From a virus (taxonomy: Duplodnaviria > Heunggongvirae > Uroviricota > Caudoviricetes): a stretch of DNA of 30,522 bases. Of this stretch, positions 16,175-24,618 are shown piece by piece (position 1 is the stretch's first letter; each line of letters starts with the position of its first letter). The notes beneath the pieces were generated by a model that saw only the letters and a list, made by a program, of their open reading frames with translations, ran no database searches and had not been told where the DNA came from. A program made the position numbers and the translations under genes. The stretch is from positions 64,001 to 94,522 of IMG/VR virus record IMGVR_UViG_3300028048_000103, one strand, 5' to 3'.

Positions 16175-18283
16175 TTATTCAGGTAATTCACCAAAATTAG
16201 CAATAAAATTGATGTCTATTTTTTCTTCATTCTTTTTAGTAAGCACTAATTTATCAACAGCATTTGACTCATCTGAAACAAATTCACCGCTTATAACTGT
16301 GTTACCATCAATTTCATTGATTTTATTTTCAAGTGCTTCTTCAGCAGCAGTTGCTCTATCTATCTCTTCAAATAAAGCATTTTCAATAGCATTTTCTCTT
16401 TCTGTTGCTCTATATTCTTCAGCATCAATATTATCCTGAAGTTCTTCGTCAGCAGCCATTCTATCAGCAGTTTCAGCACTTAATGCATTCCATAATTCTT
16501 CTTCCTCTTCCTTGGCTCTTTCTATTTCCTCATCAAGAGAATTTTGTAATATTGTATCACCACTGATTCTTGCTTCTTCTTCAGCATCAATTTTTCTTTG
16601 AAGGTCTTCATCAGCCTCTTCCCTTGCACCTGTTTCTGCACTCAAAGCATCCCATAATTCATTATCACCATCTTCACGGTCTTGAATTTCTTGGTTTAAT
16701 TTTCCTTCAAGGTCATCAATTCTGTCGTTAATATCATCAAGTGCTTCTTGGAATTCTTCTTTTAATGCTTCGGCAGTATCTTTTAAAACTTGTGTTCCAT
16801 CATCCTCAGTATAAACTCTCCATTCGTGATATCTATCATCAGTTGTACCTGAATTATTATCAAAATCAGCGATAACAACTGAATCACCAGGAACCATTTG
16901 TTTCTTAATCCATTCAGAACCGTCCCATTCATTGATGAAATAAACACCCTTAGTTGAAATAGCATCTTCAAGATTATTCCATTCATCAGATGTTACACCA
17001 CCAACTTCACTAAATCCAATATTAATGGATGTCCATACCTGTGAGTAATTAGTATCTTCATTTGTAATAAGTACACAAGGTACTGTATGACCCATAATAC
17101 TGTCATATTCTTTATATTCTAAATCATCATAAGTATAATCTCTAACAAGTCTTATTGAAAGTCTTGAACTTGGTTTTGAACTTTCTTGTAAAACCTTTCT
17201 TGAATCATAAGAGAATGTCCTTGTATAGAAATTTTTCTGTGTCTTTGTTTTTGCAACTGTTGCTGTTGGTGTATCAGTCCAAAATGAAGCAACCTCACCA
17301 ATACCCTCAATATCAGAATCTTCTTCGTCAGTCAAAACACCTCTTGACCCCTCTCCATAACCTACAGGAACGACATGGAAACTTTGTGTACTGCTACCAA
17401 CATCATCAGGTAAATTATCTTCACCTTGAACACTGTTACCATCTTCCATTTCGTCACTTTCAGCCCATGATGTAATAGATTTTGCTCTTGCACCTGCATC
17501 CTTACCTGTCCATAAATTAATATCATCAATATCATGACAATAAATACCTTCACATTCATCATCACAATAACCAGGACATTCAGCAGCAATTAATAAACCA
17601 TCCCAATCTTCTTTGGTTGGTATTCTCCATGTTAAACCATGTGCTTCAAGCAAACATTTAAGTTTCTCAACTTCATCATAAGTATATAATCTACCAAATT
17701 TGTTAAATAATTCTTTGGTTACTATTCTTGTACCCTTTGCATATGTTCCCTCAGGTATCTTATTTTCAGAATCAGTTAAATCAAGAAAATAATCAGCAGG
17801 TGCATAAGTGCCTGTTCTTTCAACCTCAGATAATCTTAATGGATTGATAACTCTACCATCACCATTGATTGTTCCGTCAGTTGCAACTTTAACTGATTTA
17901 CCAAGAATCTTCTTTATTGCTTTATCTAAATCTTTTTCTACAAGAAAACCATCCACGCTTTCTGTTGTTCCATCAGCAAAATTAACAGTTAACACACCAT
18001 TTTCTTTATCATAATCAAGTGTGAAATTCTCTTTCTCAGGGATAACAGTTTTAAGTTGGTCACCATTAAGTCTGGTTAATATTAATTCTCTTGTATCATT
18101 ATTAAAATTAACCTTCTTGATGTCCATTCCCCTTAAAAAGTAAAAGTTAGCATCTATTTCATTACTAAGAAGACTACAATTTTTTGTTCTGTCCCCTTGA
18201 TAATTAGATATTAATTTAAAATATGTTACACCGTTAATTTCACAAAGAACACTGTTTTTGTTATTTTTTATTGCATTAGCCAT
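16175..18283 (-). CDS. Putative virion protein with Fib_succ_major (C-type-lectin-like fold) domain and C-terminal coiled coil
   Basis: N-terminal TKNCSLLSNEIDANFYFL (fibre-attachment-like motif). LYTYDE...WRIPTKEDW...VPVGYG...FWT...RLSIRLVRD is the Fib_succ_major pattern (~17138-17695). Acidic E..R..AD..L repeats follow. Confidence 0.6.
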   Translation of the reverse strand: MANAIKNNKNSVLCEINGVTYFKLISNYQGDRTKNCSLLSNEIDANFYFLRGMDIKKVNFNNDTRELILTRLNGDQLKTVIPEKENFTLDYDKENGVLTVNFADGTTESVDGFLVEKDLDKAIKKILGKSVKVATDGTINGDGRVINPLRLSEVERTGTYAPADYFLDLTDSENKIPEGTYAKGTRIVTKELFNKFGRLYTYDEVEKLKCLLEAHGLTWRIPTKEDWDGLLIAAECPGYCDDECEGIYCHDIDDINLWTGKDAGARAKSITSWAESDEMEDGNSVQGEDNLPDDVGSSTQSFHVVPVGYGEGSRGVLTDEEDSDIEGIGEVASFWTDTPTATVAKTKTQKNFYTRTFSYDSRKVLQESSKPSSRLSIRLVRDYTYDDLEYKEYDSIMGHTVPCVLITNEDTNYSQVWTSINIGFSEVGGVTSDEWNNLEDAISTKGVYFINEWDGSEWIKKQMVPGDSVVIADFDNNSGTTDDRYHEWRVYTEDDGTQVLKDTAEALKEEFQEALDDINDRIDDLEGKLNQEIQDREDGDNELWDALSAETGAREEADEDLQRKIDAEEEARISGDTILQNSLDEEIERAKEEEEELWNALSAETADRMAADEELQDNIDAEEYRATERENAIENALFEEIDRATAAEEALENKINEIDGNTVISGEFVSDESNAVDKLVLTKKNEEKIDINFIANFGELPE

Positions 18284-18314
18284 ATTCTATTATAATATAA
18301 GCACATTATTTTCT

Positions 18315-18324
18315 TATAAATAGT
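18315..18324 (-). promoter_or_regulatory. Putative phage late-promoter motif ACTATTTATA
   Basis: The + strand reads TATAAATAGT. The motif is 31 nt upstream of ATG 18283. Confidence 0.55.
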
Positions 18325-18409
18325 AGTTATTTTTAATAAATTAGAAAAAAAGACGATTTTTATATCTTAAAACAATAATTAAGAAAAACAATTTTTTGCC
18401 GTTGAAACA

Positions 18410-18419
18410 ACTATTTATC
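18410..18419 (+). promoter_or_regulatory. Putative phage late-promoter motif ACTATTTATC
   Basis: ACAACTATTTAT context identical to the 1922-1933 copy, 31 nt upstream of ATG 18451. Confidence 0.55.
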
Positions 18420-18450
18420 ATTAAAATAAATAAAATAACAATATAAAGGT

Positions 18451-21400
18451 ATGAGATTAATACATCATTTTGATACAATAGAACAATATGAAGAAAATCG
18501 TACTATGGAATATACCGAACCTTGGTTAAGTCTTACTGAGGAAAATTGGGGTATACACTATAATATGGACGAAGAAGAGGCGGAAAGAAGGGAAGAAGAG
18601 AGAAAAGAAAGAATGAAAGAAGTTCCTTTAACTTTTGAAATTTTATCTGATGGTTATATTAGTTGGAAAAGTAATTATGCAAATGGAGCATCAATAAAAA
18701 CTTTGGAATATAGTAAAAATGGTGGTGAATGGACAGAAATAACATCATCTGTTGATGGAACTAAAATAAATGTCAGTACTGGTGATAATATTAAATTTAA
18801 AGGTAATAACGCAGCAACGAGTAATGGTAGTATATATTACTATAGTAATTTTAGTGGTACATCTTGTCAGTTTGCTGTTAAAGGAAATATAATGTCATTA
18901 CTTGATAGTACTAACTTTAGTGCCATGACAGCATTACAAAGTGCTTGTACTTTTTTTAACTTGTTTTATTGTTGTAGTGGACTAACTGATGCTGAGTATT
19001 TACTATTACCAGCAACTACATTAGCCGCTTCTGCTTATACAAATATGTTTGCATATTGTAGTAGTTTAACAACTGCACCGGAATTACCAGCAACTACATT
19101 AGCAAACCACTGTTATAATAATATGTTCTCAGGTTGCATCAGTTTAATTTCAGCACCTGAATTACCTGCAACTACATTAGTGACTCGTTGTTATTATCAA
19201 ATGTTTTACAACTGTAGTAAATTAAATTATATTAAATGTTTAGCAACTGATATTTCGGCATCATATTCTACAAATTATTGGGTAGATGGTGTTGCATCTG
19301 CCGGTACATTTGTTATGGCGGATGGAACAAGTTGGACAAACGGTGTGTCCGGCATACCTACAGGGTGGATTAAAGAAAAAAATGGTATTATTTTATCTAA
19401 TGGATTTGTTTATACAACAAATGTGTCAACAACAATTGATTTAACAATAACAAGTAGATTACCATGGCAAGCAACCTTTCCTTCATGGTTAGTTTTGTCG
19501 CAAGCAAGTGGAATGTCAGGTAGTATAACCATAAATATAAGTCAAGTATCTTTCGAAGATTTACGAAAAGGGGAGGTTGTTTTTACTGATAATGAAGGGC
19601 AAAGTACAACATTTTTTATTGAACAAACTAGTAACACAAATATAATACCATTTACATTAGAAATTCTGAGTGGTGGAAAAATATATTTAGTTGCAAGTAA
19701 CACTGCAAGTACTCGTACACTACAATATAGTACTGATTTAGGAAATACATGGCAAAATATCACAACAAACACATCTGCAAATGCACCATATATTCAAGTA
19801 ACCAATGGTAGTACAATACAATTCAAGGGTGATTCAACAACAGCAGATGGTAACAATGACTATAATAGTATTAGTGGTAATGTAACATTTAACGTATATG
19901 GTAATATTTTATCATTGGCAGATAGTAATAACTATTCAACACTTACAACTTTAAATGGTAAATTTTGTAATTTGTTCAGAGAATGTAAAGGAATAATCAA
20001 TGCGAACAATTTAATTTTACCTGCCACAGCATTAACATATCAATGTTATTATGGAATGTTTTATAATTGTACAGGTTTAACCACAGGACCTTCTATTTTA
20101 CCAGCAACTACATTAGCAACTGAGTGCTATGAATACATGTTCCAAGGATGCAAAAACTTAACAACAGGACCGTCAAGAATTGGTACAAGTGCAACTACTA
20201 TGGTATATGGCAGTTGTGATGGTATGTTCGAAGGTTGTAAGTCATTAACAACCGCACCAGAATTACCGGCTACTACGTTAGGATATCATTGTTATTATGG
20301 AATGTTTAGTGGTTGTACAAATTTAACTCAAGCACCAGAACTACCTGCCACAGCGTTAACTGAAGGTTGTTATAGTTGGATGTTTCACAACTGTAACAGT
20401 TTAACCACAACGCCTGATTTACCTGCAACTAATCTATCAGGTGCACCTTATTGTTATCAAGGTATGTTCCAAGGTTGTACAAGTTTAACTCAAGCACCAG
20501 AACTACCTGCCACTACATTAGCAACAAGTTGTTATAATCGTATGTTTAGTGGTTGTACAAGTTTAACAACAGTACCTTCAAATATGTTACCTGCAACAAC
20601 GTTAACAGAAAGTTGTTACAGTGGAATGCTTGCTAGTTGTATATTATTAACTCAAGCACCAGAATTACCGGCTACTACATTAGCAACAAGTTGTTATAAT
20701 GGTATGTTTTATGGTTGTAAAAGTTTAACTACAGCGCCTGTTTTATCAGCAATTACATTAGCACCTTGGTGTTGTGCTTTAATGTTTTGCAATTGTACAA
20801 GTTTAACTACTATACCATCTAATATGTTATCGGCTACTGCTTTGAGCCAAAGTTGTTATCAAAGTATGTTTAGAGGTTGTACAAGTTTAACAACAGTACC
20901 TTCAAATATGTTACCTGCAACAACATTAGTACAATCAGGATACTGTGGTATGTTTCAAGGCTGTACAAATTTAGTTCAAACGCCTGAATTACCTGCAACA
21001 ACATTAGGAGACAGTTGTTATGCCTATATGTTTTGGGGTTGTACAAGTTTAACCACAGTACCATCTGATATGCTACCTGCTACTACATTAGCAACAGCAT
21101 GCTATTATGAAATGTTTAAAGGTTGTACTTCATTAACTGGCGTTTCTTCTAACTTTTTACCTGCAACAACAATGTTATCTTCAGGATATACTGAAATGTT
21201 TAGTGGTTGCACTTCATTAACAACTGCACCTGAGTTACCAGCAACTAATTTATCTCCTTGGTGTTATTATGGTATGTTTGGTAGTTGCACTTCATTAACA
21301 ACTGCACCTGAGTTACCAGCCACAAAATTAAGTCAAGGTTGTTATTATCGAATGTTTCAAAATTGTACAAGTTTAACACAATTACCAGTATTATCTTCGT

Positions 21401-22434
21401 CAGGAACAGCATTATATTGTTATGAATATATGTTTGAAAATTGTTTCAACATAACAACAATACCAAATAATTATGTAGGAACATCTGCATCAGCTGCTTC
21501 TGGTTGTTATAAATCTATGTTTGCTAACTGTACAGGAATTACATCAATACCATCAGGTTTATTACCGGCAACATGGATTGGAAACGATTGTTACAATAAT
21601 ATGTTTGCAGGTTGTACATCATTAGTTACAGTGCCATCAAATTTATTACCTGCAACAACATATATCCCTTATAATTGTTATTATGGAATGTTTAGTGGTT
21701 GTACATCGTTAACTACAGCACCTGAATTACCAGGCACAAAAACAGCAGATAGTTGCTATTATGGTATGTTCTATGGTTGTACATCATTAACTACAGCACC
21801 ATCAGTACTACCTGCTTCTGCTATGTCTCAAAATTGTTATAGTTATATGTTCATGGGTTGTACAAATTTAACAACAATACCATCGTTTTCTGCTGTCACA
21901 TTAGCAAGTAAGTGTTTTTATGCAATGTTTAGTGGTTGCGAAAAAATAACTCAAGCACCAGAATTACCGGCTACAACATTAACAGAAAAATGTTATGCTT
22001 TTATGTTTCACAATTGTACTTCGTTGACTACAGCACCTGATTTACCAGCCACAACATTAGCAAACGAATGCTATAACAGTATGTTCTCAGATTGCATCAG
22101 TTTAACCACAGCACCATCAATATTGCCTGCTACAACATTAGCAGCTCGTTGTTATTGGTATATGTTTAATGGTTGTACAAGTTTAACCCAAGCACCTGAA
22201 TTACCGGCTACTACATTAACAAATAATTGTTATCAATATATGTTCAGAGGATGTACGAGTTTAAATTATATTAAATGTCTTGCAACAGGCGTTAATAATA
22301 ATACTGCATATACACTCTATTGGGTATCTAATGTTGCATCAACAGGTACATTTGTTAAAAATCCTAACATGACAACATGGCCAAGAGGTGTTAATGGTAT
22401 TCCAACAGGTTGGACAGTACAAGATGCAAGTTAA
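18451..22434 (+). CDS. BspA/TpLRR-type leucine-rich-repeat protein with BACON-like domain (putative adhesin/receptor-binding protein)
   Basis: Repeat consensus ELPATTL...CY..MF.GCTSLT.AP. Two modules (N-cap + LRRs + LNYIKCLAT C-cap) are separated by a BACON-like segment (~19381-19630: PWQATFPSWLVLSQASG...RKGEVVF...FFIEQ). Confidence 0.8.
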   Translation: MRLIHHFDTIEQYEENRTMEYTEPWLSLTEENWGIHYNMDEEEAERREEERKERMKEVPLTFEILSDGYISWKSNYANGASIKTLEYSKNGGEWTEITSSVDGTKINVSTGDNIKFKGNNAATSNGSIYYYSNFSGTSCQFAVKGNIMSLLDSTNFSAMTALQSACTFFNLFYCCSGLTDAEYLLLPATTLAASAYTNMFAYCSSLTTAPELPATTLANHCYNNMFSGCISLISAPELPATTLVTRCYYQMFYNCSKLNYIKCLATDISASYSTNYWVDGVASAGTFVMADGTSWTNGVSGIPTGWIKEKNGIILSNGFVYTTNVSTTIDLTITSRLPWQATFPSWLVLSQASGMSGSITINISQVSFEDLRKGEVVFTDNEGQSTTFFIEQTSNTNIIPFTLEILSGGKIYLVASNTASTRTLQYSTDLGNTWQNITTNTSANAPYIQVTNGSTIQFKGDSTTADGNNDYNSISGNVTFNVYGNILSLADSNNYSTLTTLNGKFCNLFRECKGIINANNLILPATALTYQCYYGMFYNCTGLTTGPSILPATTLATECYEYMFQGCKNLTTGPSRIGTSATTMVYGSCDGMFEGCKSLTTAPELPATTLGYHCYYGMFSGCTNLTQAPELPATALTEGCYSWMFHNCNSLTTTPDLPATNLSGAPYCYQGMFQGCTSLTQAPELPATTLATSCYNRMFSGCTSLTTVPSNMLPATTLTESCYSGMLASCILLTQAPELPATTLATSCYNGMFYGCKSLTTAPVLSAITLAPWCCALMFCNCTSLTTIPSNMLSATALSQSCYQSMFRGCTSLTTVPSNMLPATTLVQSGYCGMFQGCTNLVQTPELPATTLGDSCYAYMFWGCTSLTTVPSDMLPATTLATACYYEMFKGCTSLTGVSSNFLPATTMLSSGYTEMFSGCTSLTTAPELPATNLSPWCYYGMFGSCTSLTTAPELPATKLSQGCYYRMFQNCTSLTQLPVLSSSGTALYCYEYMFENCFNITTIPNNYVGTSASAASGCYKSMFANCTGITSIPSGLLPATWIGNDCYNNMFAGCTSLVTVPSNLLPATTYIPYNCYYGMFSGCTSLTTAPELPGTKTADSCYYGMFYGCTSLTTAPSVLPASAMSQNCYSYMFMGCTNLTTIPSFSAVTLASKCFYAMFSGCEKITQAPELPATTLTEKCYAFMFHNCTSLTTAPDLPATTLANECYNSMFSDCISLTTAPSILPATTLAARCYWYMFNGCTSLTQAPELPATTLTNNCYQYMFRGCTSLNYIKCLATGVNNNTAYTLYWVSNVASTGTFVKNPNMTTWPRGVNGIPTGWTVQDAS
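19000..22278 (+). repeat. Degenerate LRR-coding tandem repeat (~78-87 bp units; 3 units in module 1 at ~19000-19240, 28 units in module 2 at ~20008-22278)
   Basis: Units were counted by eye from the translation. Exact DNA duplicates: 50 bp at 20551-20600 = 20875-20924, and 37 bp at 21206-21242 = 21284-21320. Confidence 0.85.
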
Positions 22435-22459
22435 CAATATTAACTAATATATTAAATTT

Positions 22460-22496
22460 AAAAAGAGAGGCAAATATTTACCTCTCTTTTTTTTTT
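22460..22496. terminator. Bidirectional intrinsic terminator
   Basis: AAAAAGAGAGG (22460-22470) pairs with CCTCTCTTTTT (22481-22491), followed by a T-run, between convergent ORFs. Confidence 0.85.
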
Positions 22497-24531
22497 AACA
22501 CATAAAGTCATTATTTATAATTGTGAAATTTACAAAACCGTCATATATTCTAAAGTCTTTTATGTCACCAAGGAATGTTCCACAATAAGATTTTTCAATT
22601 GGAAATATATAGTCAGACAATTTATAATAGTCAGGTAATATTGTTTCAAGCAAGCCTTGTGTTCCACCGCCTAATGATATGCTATATGGTACGGCTTCTT
22701 GTTTTTGATATACATCATCCAATTCTCTAAAATTAAACATTGGTAATTCTTTACTAATAAAAACAAGAAAACCATTAACATAGAAATATAATTTTATTTT
22801 TCTTTTACTTCTGTTTCTATCACATTTATTTGTTGACGGATTTAAGACTACTATTCTTACATAAACAGTTGACCATTCATCAGGTTTAATCAGTCCATCT
22901 TTAGAATATTGTTCTTTTACTGTATAGTGTTGGTCATTTTCAGATTCACAATCCAAAATTGAATATTTATAGCCAATTGCACCATTTTCGGTAATTCTTA
23001 ATGCGAATGCATTGTTTTTAATATCCTTATAAATGTTATATGGTATACTATTTTCTTCCTGATATTTATATATATCTTTAACAGTATATCCTGTTGCTGT
23101 TCTATTCATAATTGGGAAATAATTGATATTACTCCAATCTTGTCTACCTGTTAAAGTAACCTTAGTTCCTTCAATCCAATCTTTAACAGTAAAACCGTCA
23201 GGTGTTCTATCAAACATAAGGAACTTATTATCGGATTCAATTTCATAATATCCTTTTTTTGTTATTAATCTTCCAAAAGAATCTGTCAATTGTTTTTCAT
23301 CAATATCCACATCAGTCCCAAAATATTCTTCGGCAATTGATTTTTTTGAATCAGCACATATTGTTTCGTATGCATATTCATCACCAAAATAATCAGCACA
23401 ATCAGGTTTTGGCGGTTTTGGTGTTGGTTTGCATTTGTTGGAATCACAACAATGTGAGTCCTCATCATACTTATAATCATATATTTCAGAAACATGCCAA
23501 TTATAGTCAGGTATTGAACTTATCTGACATTCACAATCATAATGTGGTGTATATTTCTTTTTTGGTTTCGGTTTAGGTGTAGGTTGTGGTTTTTCTTTTT
23601 CCTCCCAACAGAAATCCATTGATTTTTCATCAATATAGTTATCATCAAAATATGATATGGGGTTTTTATGGTGACAAACTTTACAATCATCATTATAATA
23701 ATCCATTTTACACCTGTTCGGTTTTTCTACCTCTTCCAAATCAGCAAGATAATCTTTAATATGAATTACTTTATTTTGTAAATCAACTGTATCACCTGAT
23801 TCATCACATGTGTTTGGTGCAAAATAGCCATCAGTCATTACACTTTCTCTTTTAAGTGTTTCTGTAACGGCAGAATCCATTTTATATAATTCACAAAATT
23901 TGTTTTCTGCTCTTGTACCCATATAAAAGAAAATACCATTATTTTCAGGGTGAATATGATTTAATGTACGAATACCGACTTCATAATCAGTTCTTGGTCT
24001 TAATTTGAAATATAAGCCCCATTCAGTTGTTGGTCCGTTAGGTAATGTTTGATAATCAAAACCATGTAATTTATAAAATCCCTGATAGAAACCACCTTTA
24101 AACTCAATACAGTGTTCTTCATCATTTAAATACATTGGGTAATCAAAATCCAAAGTATTACCGGTTACAGGTGTAAGAAACAAACGTAAATCGCCTTCAT
24201 TAATTTCGTATGTACTACCTGTTAAAATATCTAAAAACTGTTGGTTTGTTATCCTATCTTTTCTAAACTGTATTAGACCATTATCAATACCTGTAAATCC
24301 AATATCTTCCATTAAAACACCGTCATTAACTGCATCCTTCCATGTTACTGTTGAATAAAGAATACCATCTTCAATATGTAATGAAGAAAAATCAGCCAAC
24401 AATTGGTCATCAACATTATAGCAGCCATATGCTTCTCCACGATAGAGCATGAAATCCCAATACTCATCACGGTATATTTTACAATCAAGACTTCTTGTAC
24501 TATTATTTTTTATATTTTGATATGTTAACAT
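22495..24531 (-). CDS. Putative structural protein with LamG/concanavalin-like jelly-roll and Cys/Pro/Lys-rich insertion
   Basis: Start at ATG 24531 (MLTYQ). IFFYMGTRAENKF ... LYFYVNGFLVF ... ISLGGG ... FLGDIKDFRIYD is LamG-like, but the assignment is tentative. Confidence 0.45.
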   Translation of the reverse strand: MLTYQNIKNNSTRSLDCKIYRDEYWDFMLYRGEAYGCYNVDDQLLADFSSLHIEDGILYSTVTWKDAVNDGVLMEDIGFTGIDNGLIQFRKDRITNQQFLDILTGSTYEINEGDLRLFLTPVTGNTLDFDYPMYLNDEEHCIEFKGGFYQGFYKLHGFDYQTLPNGPTTEWGLYFKLRPRTDYEVGIRTLNHIHPENNGIFFYMGTRAENKFCELYKMDSAVTETLKRESVMTDGYFAPNTCDESGDTVDLQNKVIHIKDYLADLEEVEKPNRCKMDYYNDDCKVCHHKNPISYFDDNYIDEKSMDFCWEEKEKPQPTPKPKPKKKYTPHYDCECQISSIPDYNWHVSEIYDYKYDEDSHCCDSNKCKPTPKPPKPDCADYFGDEYAYETICADSKKSIAEEYFGTDVDIDEKQLTDSFGRLITKKGYYEIESDNKFLMFDRTPDGFTVKDWIEGTKVTLTGRQDWSNINYFPIMNRTATGYTVKDIYKYQEENSIPYNIYKDIKNNAFALRITENGAIGYKYSILDCESENDQHYTVKEQYSKDGLIKPDEWSTVYVRIVVLNPSTNKCDRNRSKRKIKLYFYVNGFLVFISKELPMFNFRELDDVYQKQEAVPYSISLGGGTQGLLETILPDYYKLSDYIFPIEKSYCGTFLGDIKDFRIYDGFVNFTIINNDFMC

Positions 24532-24550
24532 TACAATATAGTTTATCACA

Positions 24551-24560
24551 TATAAATAGT
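24551..24560 (-). promoter_or_regulatory. Putative phage late-promoter motif ACTATTTATA
   Basis: The + strand reads TATAAATAGT. The motif is 19 nt upstream of ATG 24531. Confidence 0.5.
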
Positions 24561-24577
24561 TTAATTTAGATGTTTAT

Positions 24578-24608
24578 TTTGTTTTATTTTTTGTTTTTTG
24601 TATATTTG
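24578..24608 (+). promoter_or_regulatory. Bacteroidota-type sigma70 promoter heading the 24.6-30.4 kb operon
   Basis: TTTG (24578-24581), 19 nt, TATATTTG (24601-24608). Confidence 0.75.
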
Positions 24609-24618
24609 TGAAAAATAA

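Noticed and set aside
20008-22278. CRISPR array suggested by ~78-bp periodicity
   Set aside because: The units are degenerate, in-frame coding repeats with synonymous variation. There is no invariant repeat/unique spacer structure and no cas gene.
17138-22434. Diversity-generating retroelement acting on the Fib_succ_major or LRR genes
   Set aside because: There is no reverse transcriptase and no adenine-only-mismatched TR/VR pair in the window. LRR variable slots include E, Q, K and W, not only residues reachable from AAY codons. A remote DGR cannot be excluded.
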